From an uncultured bacterium (GTDB taxonomy: Bacteria; Oederibacteriota; PGYV01; CAWJRG01), in NCBI GenBank assembly GCA_963845185.1, contig CAWJRG010000005.1, forward strand, positions 1 through 64,000: 64,000 nt of DNA, in the 5' to 3' direction. The position numbers and the translations under genes are program-made. The notes under the pieces are model-generated. The model saw nothing but the letters and a program-made list of their open reading frames with translations, was not told where the DNA came from and searched no databases. Positions 1 to 11,105 of this stretch are shown here, in pieces. The stretch's first letter is position 1. Every line of letters begins with the position of its first letter.

Positions 1-289
1 CCCAATATTCCAGCGATCAGGAAAATGGTTACAGTCTTCAGAAGCAGCAGGTTGACTTCTTTCACAATATCAAATATGTCCAGAACCCATATGACGGAAA
101 GAAAAAACCATTATCATGATAAAAATATCCCTCATGCTCATATGCAGGAAATACATGAGTATTGCTATCAGGCAGAGATGGTACGCAAGATGGAAAAATT
201 TCGTTTCCGGCAAACGTATCGAAAGTATTACGGCAATTATCATGATAATGACCGCCGCAAAAAAAATCAGGTTCTTTGTTATTCTGCAT
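1..289 (-). CDS. 5' part of a membrane protein running off the window (frameshifted as assembled)
   Basis: ATG at 289 overlaps the end of the upstream GAF gene. It reads MQNNKEPDFF and, after a 1-nt shift in an 8-nt homopolymer, continues as hydrophobic AAVIIMIIAVILSIRLPETKFFHLAYHLCLIAILMYFL. Confidence 0.5.
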
Positions 290-1190
290 ATTTTTCCTCC
301 GCAAGTATCCTGCCTATCATTGCTGCTATTATATCCAGGAATCTCACATCTTCGTGTGAAAATCCGTTTAAATTCTCCGATGTTACCCTCAAAATCCCTA
401 TAAGCTTTTCGCTCAGCGATAGCGGAACGCTGATTAATGATTTTATATTTTCGCTTTCTTCCGACGTGAACCTGACATCTTTGTATATGTCGGAAATAAT
501 CAGGCTCTTTTTATTGTTAATCACCCATTCGTCAAAATTCTTAAGGTACAGGCTTTCCTTGTCCTTTTCCCCCACAAACATGTCTTCCTTGCCGTCAGAC
601 ACGACTTTCATGAACCTGTTCTCCTTTATTAAAAACAGGGATACTGATTTTTCCTTATGGAAGATATGCACGGTGCTGGCGAGTATTTTTCTTATTTTAT
701 CGCTGAACACTTTTACGTCCTTTGTTGTTTCGTAAATTTCTTTCAGCTTTTTATACTTGTTAAGCTTTTCGATATTGGCTTCGTGCCCTATTCTTAAATT
801 TTTTTCCTCAACTATAAGCGAGTTGAACTCGCCTTCCAGGATTTTGAGCTTGTCTTCCATTGTAAAAATATAATATTTGTTTATGTCGCTGGATTTTTTA
901 ATAAGGTAATAGACGGTGATCGAGATTAGGAGTTCGACAAAAAATGGCGCTACGGACATTTTCGCCGCAAGCACCCTCATAAAAGTGATAATGTAAATAA
1001 TTATAATAAAAACCAAAAAACCTATGCTCGCGATGCCGCCCATAAGTATGTAGCCGCCTATCAAAATGAAATTATACGAGAATAAAAATGCAAGCCACCA
1101 GCTGGGTTCCAGCTTAAAAAGAAAAAAAGTAATAAGGATTCCAACCGCAAAAACTATCAGCTTCAGCGTGTTCTCAAAGTAATTCCGCAT
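279..1190 (-). CDS. Membrane protein with C-terminal GAF domain
   Basis: N-terminal TM segments, a coiled coil, then the GAF motif SLISVPL..LIGILRV..FSHEDVRFLDIIA. Confidence 0.8.
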   Translation of the reverse strand: MRNYFENTLKLIVFAVGILITFFLFKLEPSWWLAFLFSYNFILIGGYILMGGIASIGFLVFIIIIYIITFMRVLAAKMSVAPFFVELLISITVYYLIKKSSDINKYYIFTMEDKLKILEGEFNSLIVEEKNLRIGHEANIEKLNKYKKLKEIYETTKDVKVFSDKIRKILASTVHIFHKEKSVSLFLIKENRFMKVVSDGKEDMFVGEKDKESLYLKNFDEWVINNKKSLIISDIYKDVRFTSEESENIKSLISVPLSLSEKLIGILRVTSENLNGFSHEDVRFLDIIAAMIGRILAEEKYAE

Positions 1191-2352
1191 TTTTCTCAAT
1201 CTCCTTGGTCGCGTCGTTTACTGCCTTGGTCAATGGCATATTCATTTTGCGTGCTATTTTAGCACAATTTTCATATTCAAGGGTATAGAAATCTTTGTTT
1301 CCGTCGAAGATTTTTACGTCTATAAGGCCAAGCCTGGTTTTAACTTTTCTGATTTCGCGGCTTCTTTTAATCCTCGGCGTCAGGCTCACGCGCGCGCCGC
1401 CGGTTTTCAGCTCCCTGAATATTATGTTTACTATGTTTTCCGCCTTCTCAACTTCGCAAATGGCCGTAATTTTATAAGCAGGCCTGTTTTTTTTCATGAA
1501 TACCGGCGTAAAAAACACATCAAGCGCCCCGGCTTTAAAAAGTTTATCCATAACGTATCCGAGCGTCTCTCCGGTCTCGTTGTCTATGTTTGTTTCTACA
1601 ACCGCGACAATCTCCCTGTTTTCAGCGCTCTTCTCTCCGCTTATAAAGACCCTTAATACGTTTGGTATCTTTTTAAAATTATTTTTGCCGGCTCCAAGCC
1701 CGATTTTTTCGACAACCATGCCCGGGAAGCTGCCGAAAAAGGCGCTAAAGCCTTTTAATATGGCAATTCCTGTAGGTGTCATCATCTCGCCTTTTATTCC
1801 TGAATTAAATAACGTTACGTTTTTCATCAAATACGCCGCAGCAGGCGCAGGCATGGGTAAAATGCCGTGTTCTGCCTTAACATACCCGGACGACACGGGC
1901 AAAGCAGACGAATATACATTATCAACCCCCAGTAAAAACAAACCGATGACGGCGCCAGCAATATCAATAATGGAATCAACCGCCCCGATTTCATGAAAAT
2001 GTATTTCTTCCTTTCTAACGCCGTGTACTTTTGCTTCAGCCGAAGCAAGCAAATCAAAAATTTTTATTATCCTTTCTTTAATATGCTTGCCCAGTTTGCT
2101 TTTGTCTATTATAGCCTTTATGGTTTTTATATCCCTGTGAATGCGCTGCTTTTGCTTGATTTTTACCGTAAACGTGGTTGCTTTGATGTGGTTTTTAATA
2201 GCGCTTCCTTTTATTATTTCATAACCGGAAAGCCTGATTTTTTTCAAATGCTTTTTTAGCTGGCTAAAATCAAGGCCCGCGTCAAGCAAAGCTGCCAATA
2301 TCATATCGCCTGATATACCGGAAAAACAGTCAAAATAAGCGGTTTTTGCCAT
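1174..2352 (-). CDS. larC: Nickel pincer cofactor biosynthesis protein LarC
   Basis: YFDCFSGISGDM, AEAKVHG..IHFHEIGAVDSIIDI, ETNIDN, MKKNRP motifs. Confidence 0.95.
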   Translation of the reverse strand: MAKTAYFDCFSGISGDMILAALLDAGLDFSQLKKHLKKIRLSGYEIIKGSAIKNHIKATTFTVKIKQKQRIHRDIKTIKAIIDKSKLGKHIKERIIKIFDLLASAEAKVHGVRKEEIHFHEIGAVDSIIDIAGAVIGLFLLGVDNVYSSALPVSSGYVKAEHGILPMPAPAAAYLMKNVTLFNSGIKGEMMTPTGIAILKGFSAFFGSFPGMVVEKIGLGAGKNNFKKIPNVLRVFISGEKSAENREIVAVVETNIDNETGETLGYVMDKLFKAGALDVFFTPVFMKKNRPAYKITAICEVEKAENIVNIIFRELKTGGARVSLTPRIKRSREIRKVKTRLGLIDVKIFDGNKDFYTLEYENCAKIARKMNMPLTKAVNDATKEIEKNAELL

Positions 2353-2354
2353 TT

Positions 2355-3110
2355 TTATTCGATATTGGTGTGGTTTATCAGCGAAGCAACACAGCCGGCA
2401 CCGAAGCCATTGTCTATGTTTACAACCGTCACATTGGACGTGCAGCTTGTGAGCATGGAAAGCAGGGGTGTTACGCCTGAAAAAGATGCGCCGTATCCCA
2501 CGCTTGTCGGCACGCCAATAACCACTTTGTCCACAAGCCCTCCCACCACGCTGGGCAGCGCGCCTTCCATGCCTGCGGCTACTATAAATACGTTTGCCTT
2601 TATAAAAACTTCCTTATATGCAAAAAGGCGGTGTATCCCTGCCACGCCTACGTCGTAAATCCTTTCCACCTTATTGCCGAAAGCTTCGGCTGTAAAGGCA
2701 GCTTCCTCGGCGACCGGGATATCGGACGTACCGGCTGTTATCACGGCTATTATTTTATTTATTTTTTTTATTGGTTTTGATTCTATAAAAAGGATTTTTG
2801 CGGTTTTATTGTAGGATGCGGCCTTGAATTGCTTTTTAATTTTTTTGAATTTTTCTTCGGATATCCTGGTTGCCATCACATTGACATGGTTTTTTTTCAT
2901 TTCAGCGGCTATCGCGGCAATCTGCCCGGCAGTCTTGTTCTCGCCGAAAATCACTTCAGGAAAACCCTTGCGCAGCTCCCTGTGCAAATCGATTTTCGCG
3001 TCCTTAATCTCGCTGAAAGTAAAGTGCTGGAATTCTTTTGTTATTGAATTAAGGGACAGTTTGCCTGTTTTAAATTTTTGTAAAAGTAGCTTGAGTCTCC
3101 GCTTTTGCAT
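2355..3110 (-). CDS. larB: Nickel pincer cofactor biosynthesis protein LarB (PurE-like)
   Basis: GFPEVIFGENK, AGTSDIPVAEEA, DVGVAGIHRL, AGMEGALPSVVGG, VVNIDNGFGA. Confidence 0.95.
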   Translation of the reverse strand: MQKRRLKLLLQKFKTGKLSLNSITKEFQHFTFSEIKDAKIDLHRELRKGFPEVIFGENKTAGQIAAIAAEMKKNHVNVMATRISEEKFKKIKKQFKAASYNKTAKILFIESKPIKKINKIIAVITAGTSDIPVAEEAAFTAEAFGNKVERIYDVGVAGIHRLFAYKEVFIKANVFIVAAGMEGALPSVVGGLVDKVVIGVPTSVGYGASFSGVTPLLSMLTSCTSNVTVVNIDNGFGAGCVASLINHTNIE

Positions 3111-3124
3111 TTATATTTTTTATT

Positions 3125-3970
3125 TTATTCACCCATCTGGTCCAGTATTCTCAGGTTATCCCTGGCTGTTTTATTAAGCGGCTCAATCACAAGCGCCTGC
3201 GCCCACTGTTTCCTCGCGTCTTTATAAAGCCCCTTATTGTAATAAGCGTTGCCGAAATTGTTGTAAATAGCTGCTTTATCAGGCGCAAGTTTTACAGCCT
3301 GCTCGAGCACGTGTATCGCGTCATCGTATTTTTTCATTTTGATATATATGCTTCCCAGGTTATTGTATGCCATGCCGTCCGTAGGCTTAATCCTGATTAA
3401 ATCCTCAAATGTTTTTACCGCGTCGTCATATCTTCCTTTTTTGAAATATGCCATGCCAAGCTTCGTGTATACTACGTCGTCGTTCGTATTCTTGCCTATT
3501 ACGTACTCAAGCTCGGGTATTGCCGAATCATTGTCGTCCACAGACGCGTAATAAAGCCCCAGTTTTTTATGAGCCTCGACATTGTCCGGATTTAATTCTA
3601 TGACCCTTTTCCACATAAGTACTGCGTCGTCGTTTTTCCCTTTGTCGTATGATTCTTTTCCCAGTGTCAGATAAGCCGCTTCAAGCTTGCTGCTGACATC
3701 TGACAGGGAAGGCTGCAGCTTCATTGCCGTTTCCCATTCTGATATTGCCTCTAAAAGCATGCCTTTATCGGCAAAAACGTCGCCAAGTGATTTGTGCACC
3801 TGCGGGTCTTGCGGGTTTGCCGAAATTGAAAGCTGGAATTCCTCTATCGCCTCGTCAAGTTTGCCCTGCTGGTAATAGTCCATTCCGAGCTCATAATGTG
3901 AAGTGGTTGTCGCGCAGTTCAGGCACATTGCCATTAAAACCGCCATAAAAGGTAGGATAAGTTTCTTCAT
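3125..3970 (-). CDS. TPR-repeat protein, probable lipoprotein
   Basis: Signal peptide with Cys followed by about 7 TPR units (e.g. AYNNLGSIY, IYNNFGNAY). Confidence 0.85.
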   Translation of the reverse strand: MKKLILPFMAVLMAMCLNCATTTSHYELGMDYYQQGKLDEAIEEFQLSISANPQDPQVHKSLGDVFADKGMLLEAISEWETAMKLQPSLSDVSSKLEAAYLTLGKESYDKGKNDDAVLMWKRVIELNPDNVEAHKKLGLYYASVDDNDSAIPELEYVIGKNTNDDVVYTKLGMAYFKKGRYDDAVKTFEDLIRIKPTDGMAYNNLGSIYIKMKKYDDAIHVLEQAVKLAPDKAAIYNNFGNAYYNKGLYKDARKQWAQALVIEPLNKTARDNLRILDQMGE

Positions 3971-4155
3971 TTTAATAACCTCCTGATAATTGTTTCAAAT
4001 AAAAAATTGCTGTTGCAAAAAGTATATTAACATATAAATCATTTTTGTCAAGTTTCCGTTTTTAACGAAAGCAAGGTTAAAATTTATGCAAAATGAGTGT
4101 GAAGTCAGCAGCGTTTCTGATACGATTCCCGCAAAAATAACTGTTTTTCTTATTT

Positions 4156-6522
4156 TTATTTTGTTTTATTTTCCGCCTGCTGAATCTGATTGTATAAATT
4201 AACAAGTTGCGGGTCGTTGCCAACGGTTTGCATTGCTTCTTTTAGGGTATTTAAAGCTTTGTCTGGTTGTTCTAATTTATTATATGTTAGGGTGATATTT
4301 ATGTAATTTCCTACACTTTTATCCAATTCTAATGTTTTCTGAAAATATTTTAATGCTTTTTCAAAATTATTGATTTTAAAATTACATATTCCCATATTTT
4401 TATATACTTCAACCGTGACGTAATTTTGTTCAAGTAAAAATTCAAATAAATCAAGTGCTTTTAAATACCTGCCCAAAGCTGCAAATGCAGCAGCCTGGTC
4501 GGATAGTGCTTTATACTGTGAATATGAATCCGCATCACCAATTTGATTTAAATATTGCTGAAGCGCGCCGGTATTTTCGTTGTCATATTGCATTGCTTTT
4601 ACAAACATTGCTTTTGCAGGAATCCATAGCTTTTCATTAAAATAAATTTTTCCTAATATTTCATATGACTTATAATAATCTTCCTTAATTTTGAAGGATT
4701 TCCTTAAATATATTATTTGGTTATCTTCATCGTTAAGTAATTTATAAATCATGGATAAATAATAGCAAATGTCAGCTGCTGTTAAATTATCTGTAGCCAA
4801 TAGCAGAGCATATTTTAAAGTCGCTATCGCTTCTGAATATTCTTTTTTATCATAAAATTCTTTCGCCTGCTTTGTCATCTGCTGGCCATATAGGGAAATA
4901 AGCACTTTATCGAGATTATTGTTAATATTGAATATCCCGCGGTAAGAATAGTTTTTGAATATGTTGGCCGATATATGTTCGTTTTCATCAGCCACTTTTA
5001 ACAGCAGGCCCTTTGCTTTCAATTTTAGATTCCCTATATAGTTTTTCAGCTCGTCGTAATAATAATATGAAAAATAAATGTTATTTTTGTGAAAATATTT
5101 GGCGATTATATTACCCATATTCATTGGAAAATTATATTCTTTAAGATTAATTTGCCCGTATTTTTTAATAAAATCGTCGATTCCCCACTGGACCGAAAGG
5201 TGATAAGGCGTGATAACATTAATATCACCGGACCTGTGCTCCACCATGCGTTCGTAGCTGATAGGCATCACATAAGGGTCACCCAGCGGTATATAAAAAC
5301 TATTGGGTTCCATTGTGATAAGCTCATTATTTCCAAAATCATAGGAAATAAAATTATCCCGGCTGTTATTGGCCATAAAATGCAAAATGCCGGTGTATAA
5401 TAAAATAATAATTAGAATCAATGAAAAAATGTTTTTGTAAATTTTTTTATTAAGTATACTGGATACGGTATATATTCCGTTTATTGAAAAGCTTGCCAAT
5501 AAATACAGAGAAGGCATTAAAAAAGTGCCTGCCGCCCATTCATATTCCTCGGTTAAATGAATGGAAAATGTTACTATAAATAAATTTATTAAAAATATAC
5601 TTAAATAAAGAAATGAAATTTCCTTTTTTGCACGCCGTAATGCATAAAACCCAATAACAATAAATATCCAGAATAAGTAAATATTTGTAAAAAATAAACT
5701 GAATATTTCTTTAATATGATAATTCTTGACATTCATAGACGGAAAACTGGCATGTCCATAATCACGTAAAAAAATCATCCGGAACAGATAATTTAAGTTA
5801 TAAGGCCTGACCGTAAAAACAAAAATATTTTCATTTTCGGCCCTTATGGGCAGATAAGCGTATGCGCTTAAACCTAAAAACAGGTATAACATGCACAAGG
5901 CAAAATTTTTCCCAATTAACTTTTCCCTGTATTTATAAAAAAAATATACAAGAACAGGTAAAAAAATTACCACGCTTGGCCAGTGATCTGTAAGCGACAG
6001 GCCAAAAATATAAGTTATCAGGTACAAATATTTAATGTTAAAAGTATTTAACAAACGCAGACTTAAAAATATTAAAGCAGATAAAAATAAAAGATTTAAT
6101 ATATATATTCCGCCTTTTGCTTCTATAGCCTGATTCCAGTACATATAGGAAAATGCAAGGATAAAAACACCTGAGAAATTTATGATTTTATTCTCGTGGT
6201 TAAAAATTTGAAAAGTAATATCTTTAGTAAGATAATAAAACAGGACCAGTACCAGCATGGCAAGAAATATGGCGAATAAGTTAATCCTGAAAGCAGGCGA
6301 ACCAATAGGCAATAAAGAAAACACTTTTCCCGCCATTGTGAAAAGCGGGTATCCCGGTGGATGACTTATGCCGAGTGTATATGCCGATGTTATTGTTTCA
6401 GGTGAATCGTCGTTTTTAAAAGCAGGAACCATGGTATAAAGATATAATTGAAATATTGCTAATAAAAAAACTATTAATATTATAATTTCTTTGTATTTTT
6501 TTATCATTTTCACCCTAGGCAC
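4156..6522 (-). CDS. DUF2723/TMEM260-like GT-C membrane glycosyltransferase with C-terminal TPRs
   Basis: DDSPETITSAYTLGISHPPGYPLF motif, many TM helices, TPR tail. Confidence 0.85.
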   Translation of the reverse strand: MPRVKMIKKYKEIIILIVFLLAIFQLYLYTMVPAFKNDDSPETITSAYTLGISHPPGYPLFTMAGKVFSLLPIGSPAFRINLFAIFLAMLVLVLFYYLTKDITFQIFNHENKIINFSGVFILAFSYMYWNQAIEAKGGIYILNLLFLSALIFLSLRLLNTFNIKYLYLITYIFGLSLTDHWPSVVIFLPVLVYFFYKYREKLIGKNFALCMLYLFLGLSAYAYLPIRAENENIFVFTVRPYNLNYLFRMIFLRDYGHASFPSMNVKNYHIKEIFSLFFTNIYLFWIFIVIGFYALRRAKKEISFLYLSIFLINLFIVTFSIHLTEEYEWAAGTFLMPSLYLLASFSINGIYTVSSILNKKIYKNIFSLILIIILLYTGILHFMANNSRDNFISYDFGNNELITMEPNSFYIPLGDPYVMPISYERMVEHRSGDINVITPYHLSVQWGIDDFIKKYGQINLKEYNFPMNMGNIIAKYFHKNNIYFSYYYYDELKNYIGNLKLKAKGLLLKVADENEHISANIFKNYSYRGIFNINNNLDKVLISLYGQQMTKQAKEFYDKKEYSEAIATLKYALLLATDNLTAADICYYLSMIYKLLNDEDNQIIYLRKSFKIKEDYYKSYEILGKIYFNEKLWIPAKAMFVKAMQYDNENTGALQQYLNQIGDADSYSQYKALSDQAAAFAALGRYLKALDLFEFLLEQNYVTVEVYKNMGICNFKINNFEKALKYFQKTLELDKSVGNYINITLTYNKLEQPDKALNTLKEAMQTVGNDPQLVNLYNQIQQAENKTK

Positions 6523-6543
6523 CTAATGAATTTCCTGCAGTGC

Positions 6544-8343
6544 TTATGTCTTCCTTGCTTCCATTATATTTTTCACCCTGTTCCTTCCCTGCTCTTTTGC
6601 CGTATACAGGGCTTCGTCCGCGTTTTTTATCAGTTCCCTCGTGTCCTTAGCGTAATCCGGGCATGCAGCCACCCCGCAGCTTATGTATATTTTCCGCGTT
6701 TCTTTGGGGTTGCCGCCGCTCAAGTGTTCCTCGCTGTGTTTCCTGATTTCCTCAGCTATCCTCGATGCCTCGTAAATATCATGGTTTTCCATGACTACCA
6801 CGAATTCCTCCCCGCCGTACCTGGCCACATAAAGACCTGGATATTTTTTTTCAAAATCCTTCAGCATACCTGCCACCCTTACAAGAACCCTGTCGCCCTC
6901 CTGGTGCCCGAAATCGTCGTTGAATTTTTTAAAAAAATCTATGTCTATGAGGCACAACGCCACCCGCCTTAAGCCACCGCTCTTTATTTTCTCCACGCTC
7001 TCCATCAGCTTTTCCTGGAAAGTAAGGTGGTTAAAAATCCCGGTAAGGCCGTCTTCTGTGGCCTGCTTTTTTATTTTTTCATATAGCCCTGCGTTTTCAA
7101 GTATGATTGTTATCCGGTAAAGTATCATTTCAAGCGTTTTTATCTCAAACTCGGTAAAATCAAAATCTTCTTCCTTGTCGAGCTTCATGAATCCGTACAG
7201 GGATTCGTTTGTGCCCAGCCTGCTCAAAAGGAATTTTGAGACATTCTGCTTCCCGAAGTTAATCCTGATGTTTTTGTTTTGAGCGTCTTTTATTACCACG
7301 CTTTTTCCGGTATAGTAAATATACCTGAGCATTTCGTCGTCCTTGACTACCAGCTTTTCTTTTTTTATGCTTTCCGGGTAATTAAAAACCTCTATTATCT
7401 CGAACGCCTTGTCCTCAGGCAGCAATCTCGCTATGTAACCGCCGCATATATCGAGCCGTTTTATCTCCGAGAAAAATATCTGGGAAAGCTTATGGGGCCC
7501 TTCCATCAGGTTTAATTTCGCGTCTACGTCGTAAAGGAAACTCACGCGGCGCTCGTTGCTTATCGCTTTCCTGTTAATTTCAAAAAGGCTCAGCACTGAG
7601 GCTATCTCGTTTATGAGTTTTTCCAGTTCGGGCCTCATGTCAACTCTCGCGTGCCCGCTTTCTTCCTGAAAATCAACCACTATAAGCCCTATCACTTTAT
7701 TCAGGATTACCGGCATTGTCACCACGGTTTTAACGCCCGTGTCCCTTTTGTAATAAGGCAGCAAAAAATCTTTTACTGTAAAAACAAAAAAATCTTTTTT
7801 CTGCGCTGCCATGCCCAGGGCGCCTTCTTTTATGTTTATTATGCAATCCTGGTTTATCGCTTCTTTATTCATTGATGAAAAAAGGGTTAATTTATAAAAC
7901 CTTTCATCGCTGGCTTCTTTCAGGAAAAAAAGTATTGAAAACGGCTTAAAAAGCAGGAAATATATGTCAAGCAGGTTGCTAAGCAGGTTGTAGGCTATAG
8001 CCCCGAAATCCTTTATGTCCCTGCCTGTTTCCAGGTTGTAGCTGTCAAGATAATGGTCGGTCTGGTCCTGTGGTTCTTCCTTCCTGAGCCCTGCGGCATA
8101 GGATACCGCAGCCATGGCGATAAAAGCGGCAAATGTAAAGTAGTCGTAAGCGGAAAAATCTTTTATAGCTTTTATGAATGCGAGTATGGATAAAGCCGAG
8201 ATAACAGCCGCGTGTGAATAATGCCTCCTGTTAAGCAGAAGGAAAATCAGTATATATACTGCCCATCTTATTTCCGATTTAACGCCGCCCGATATATTTA
8301 TTATTGTTATTGTCGCCAGAAAGAAAAGGTAAAAAAGCCTCAT
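6544..8343 (-). CDS. Membrane-anchored GAF-GAF diguanylate cyclase
   Basis: DGLTGIFN, DIDFFKKFNDDFGHQEGD, RYGGEEF, ADEALYTAKEQGRN. Confidence 0.92.
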   Translation of the reverse strand: MRLFYLFFLATITIINISGGVKSEIRWAVYILIFLLLNRRHYSHAAVISALSILAFIKAIKDFSAYDYFTFAAFIAMAAVSYAAGLRKEEPQDQTDHYLDSYNLETGRDIKDFGAIAYNLLSNLLDIYFLLFKPFSILFFLKEASDERFYKLTLFSSMNKEAINQDCIINIKEGALGMAAQKKDFFVFTVKDFLLPYYKRDTGVKTVVTMPVILNKVIGLIVVDFQEESGHARVDMRPELEKLINEIASVLSLFEINRKAISNERRVSFLYDVDAKLNLMEGPHKLSQIFFSEIKRLDICGGYIARLLPEDKAFEIIEVFNYPESIKKEKLVVKDDEMLRYIYYTGKSVVIKDAQNKNIRINFGKQNVSKFLLSRLGTNESLYGFMKLDKEEDFDFTEFEIKTLEMILYRITIILENAGLYEKIKKQATEDGLTGIFNHLTFQEKLMESVEKIKSGGLRRVALCLIDIDFFKKFNDDFGHQEGDRVLVRVAGMLKDFEKKYPGLYVARYGGEEFVVVMENHDIYEASRIAEEIRKHSEEHLSGGNPKETRKIYISCGVAACPDYAKDTRELIKNADEALYTAKEQGRNRVKNIMEARKT

Positions 8344-8366
8344 TTCTTTCCCCAGTTTAATGTTAT

Positions 8367-8582
8367 TTAATCTTTTTTAAGGAAAAAAACACAGGCAAAA
8401 AACAGGACGTAAAACACAAGAACAAAAAATATGTTGAATGCAAAAACCGGGTAAATTCCGAAAACATTCAGGATATAAATTAAAAGGTATGCTGCGGCAA
8501 GAAAATACTTTACGTCATAGCCGCCTTCCGGTTTTTTTTTCATCCGGACCCCGTGAAAACCGCGGCTAAAAACACTGCGCAT
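8367..8582 (-). CDS. Small hydrophobic hypothetical protein
   Basis: ORF fills the gap in a co-directional operon; hydrophobic C-terminal half; start uncertain. Confidence 0.45.
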   Translation of the reverse strand: MRSVFSRGFHGVRMKKKPEGGYDVKYFLAAAYLLIYILNVFGIYPVFAFNIFFVLVFYVLFFACVFFLKKD

Positions 8583-8585
8583 TTT

Positions 8586-8930
8586 TTATTTGAATGACTT
8601 CAACGCTTCGTCCGTTCTTTTATAGTACTCAAGTATGTTCGTAAAATCAAGAAGCTCGAATATCTCCATAACTTCCGGCTTCATTCCGACAAGTTTTAAA
8701 TCGCCCTTGTTTTTCCTTATATTCTTTATTTCACTGACAAATATTCCCCAGCCCGCGCTGCTTATGTAATCTATTTCCTCGAGGTCTATGATAATCTTGT
8801 ATTTTTTTGCCTGCAGAATTTCAGCCAGGGCGTTTTCAAGTATCGTGGATGTGGTTGTGTCTATGTATCCCTTGCATTTTATTATTTTGATATTGCCTTT
8901 ATCTTCTACAGTTATGTTTAGGCCTTCCAT
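8586..8930 (-). CDS. STAS-domain anti-sigma factor antagonist
   Basis: IDLEEIDYISSAGWG motif, 114 aa. Confidence 0.92.
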   Translation of the reverse strand: MEGLNITVEDKGNIKIIKCKGYIDTTTSTILENALAEILQAKKYKIIIDLEEIDYISSAGWGIFVSEIKNIRKNKGDLKLVGMKPEVMEIFELLDFTNILEYYKRTDEALKSFK

Positions 8931-8954
8931 GTTTAAGAACCTCCTTGGTAAATT

Positions 8955-9425
8955 TTAATCTTTCCATTTTGTCCTGATATACCCGTATTGCCTCGTAAAT
9001 CCGTCTTTCCACATCAACATTATAACATTTTTTATATCCGGATAAAATAAAATTCTTTTAAATTCTTTCAGGCTGAAAAACCTCGCGTCTTTAAGTACCC
9101 TGTCTGGCATGACTTTAAATCCGCCCTTTGCCGGTATTTTCACCTTAAAATAAATGTTTATTATATGCCGCTTGCCGCCAGGATAAATTGTGTCGTTTAA
9201 AAATGCGAGTTTTCCCGGCCGGATTTTGTTAATGCAAAGCTCTTCCTTGATTTCTCTCTTTAAAGCCGCGATAAAAGTTTCGCCATATTCTACACCGCCA
9301 CCCGGAAAAAGCCAATAAGATTTTTTGTTTTTCCGGTGGTTGACGAGCAGGAGTTCGTTTTTTTTGTTTAATATAATAGCCGCTACCCTGACCCTGATAT
9401 TTTTCATTTTTTTTATTTTCACCAT
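8955..9425 (-). CDS. NUDIX hydrolase
   Basis: Nudix box [22 protein letters not shown]. Confidence 0.92.
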   Translation of the reverse strand: MVKIKKMKNIRVRVAAIILNKKNELLLVNHRKNKKSYWLFPGGGVEYGETFIAALKREIKEELCINKIRPGKLAFLNDTIYPGGKRHIINIYFKVKIPAKGGFKVMPDRVLKDARFFSLKEFKRILFYPDIKNVIMLMWKDGFTRQYGYIRTKWKD

Positions 9426-9437
9426 AGTTTTTGCTGA

Positions 9438-10451
9438 TCATCCTCTCTTTTGATGTTGAAATACTCGTACGCCTTCGGCGCCGCCTTCCTGCCTGAAGGC
9501 GTCCTCTGTATGAATCCTGCCTGTATTAAAAAAGGCTCTGTAAAGGTCTTCTATTGTGTCCGGTTCCTCGGAAACCGCGACAGCAATAGTGTCTATTCCC
9601 ACAGGCCCGCCCCCGAACTTGTTGATAATAGTCATTATTATTTTTTTGTCCATCGCATCCAGCCCAAGCTCGTCAATTTCAAGGAGTTTTAATGCCTCCA
9701 TTGCCGTTTTTTTCGTAATCCTTCCGTCGCTTTTTACCTGGGCAAAATCCCTGACCCTTTTTAAAAGCCTGTTGGCTATCCTTGGCGTGCCTCTTGAGCG
9801 CCCGGCAATTTCATCAATGGCTTCATCCTCGGCCTCGACTTTAAGTATTTTAGCCGTTCTTTTTAATATCGTAACAAGCGCGTCCTTTTCATAAAAGTCA
9901 ACCCTGTATGTTGCGCCGAACCTGTCGCGCAAAGGCGAAGTTATGAGCCCGGCCCTTGTTGTAGCTCCTATCAGTGTAAATTTCGGCAGGTTTATCCTGA
10001 AAGTCTTGGCTGAAGGCCCCTTGCCTATCACGATATCAAGCGCGTAATCCTCGAGCGCCGGGTACATTATTTCTTCAACCGACCTGTTCAGCCTGTGGAT
10101 TTCATCAATAAACAAAATGTCGTTTTCCTCAAGGTTTGTAATTATGGCAGCAAGGTCTCCTGCTTTTTCAATAACGGGACCTGCCGTTATTTTTATATTT
10201 ACTCCCATCTCATTCGCGATTATATGCGCCAGGGTGGTTTTTCCAAGCCCAGGAGGCCCGTAAAACAGAAGATGCTCGAGCGGCTCTTTCCTCTGCTTGG
10301 CCGCCTCGATAAAAATCCCGAGTTTTTCCTTGACCTTATCCTGGCCTATAAAATCCGCAAGGTATTTGGGCCGTATTTCCTTTTCATAGGAAGAGTCGTT
10401 TTCTGTAGCTTGGGGCTCAACCATCCTGTCTGTTTTTTTTCTTTCAGGCAT
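9438..10451 (-). CDS. ruvB: Holliday junction branch migration helicase RuvB (apparent 1-nt frameshift near 9540)
   Basis: [38 protein letters not shown]. The conserved EPFLIQ.GFIQRTP.GR continues in another frame. Confidence 0.95.
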   Translation of the reverse strand: MPERKKTDRMVEPQATENDSSYEKEIRPKYLADFIGQDKVKEKLGIFIEAAKQRKEPLEHLLFYGPPGLGKTTLAHIIANEMGVNIKITAGPVIEKAGDLAAIITNLEENDILFIDEIHRLNRSVEEIMYPALEDYALDIVIGKGPSAKTFRINLPKFTLIGATTRAGLITSPLRDRFGATYRVDFYEKDALVTILKRTAKILKVEAEDEAIDEIAGRSRGTPRIANRLLKRVRDFAQVKSDGRITKKTAMEALKLLEIDELGLDAMDKKIIMTIINKFGGGPVGIDTIAVAVSEEPDTIEDLYRAFFNTGRIHTEDAFRQEGGAEGVRVFQHQKRG

Positions 10452-10452
10452 T

Positions 10453-11046
10453 TTATCTCCCCAGCCTCTTAATGGCTTCTTTCATTATTAGTTCGCTGTT
10501 TTTGGTATCGTGCACTGCTTTATACGCCTCGCGCAGCGCTTCTTTTGCCTGCGTATACGGGAAACCAAGCTTGGCAAGTGCCTCGATGTATTCGTCCTCC
10601 TCCGTAAAAGCCGCTGCTGCTGCGCCGCTTCCCCCGTGCAGGAACTCGCTGAATTTGTCTTTAAGCTCCACTATTATCCTCTGCGCCTTTTTACCGCCGA
10701 GCCCTGGTACTTTTGTAATGTACTTCTCGTCCGAAGCCGCTATCGCTGCCCGCAATTTGTCCGGCGTGGTATTGCTTAAAATATTTATTGCTGATTTTGC
10801 GCCTATACCGTTTACGCTGATCAAAGCCATGAATACTTCCTTGTCCTCCTTAGTTGAAAACCCGAAAAGCTCAACCCCTGTATCCCTTACCTGCAAATAA
10901 GTATGCAATTTTACCCTGCCGTTTGAATCCTTTAGGCTATTGTATGTTGTTGAGGTTATATTAACGCCGTAACCTACTCCGTTGACGTTAATAACCACAT
11001 GGTTCGCTGATAGGCTCTCGACTATTCCTTCCAGAAAATCAATCAT
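10453..11046 (-). CDS. ruvA: Holliday junction branch migration protein RuvA
   Basis: [35 protein letters not shown]. Confidence 0.95.
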   Translation of the reverse strand: MIDFLEGIVESLSANHVVINVNGVGYGVNITSTTYNSLKDSNGRVKLHTYLQVRDTGVELFGFSTKEDKEVFMALISVNGIGAKSAINILSNTTPDKLRAAIAASDEKYITKVPGLGGKKAQRIIVELKDKFSEFLHGGSGAAAAAFTEEDEYIEALAKLGFPYTQAKEALREAYKAVHDTKNSELIMKEAIKRLGR

Positions 11047-11105
11047 TGCTTTACCGCCTTGATAATTTTGACGTTCACAAGTTTAGCACTCAGCTAGGCG
11101 CTGCA

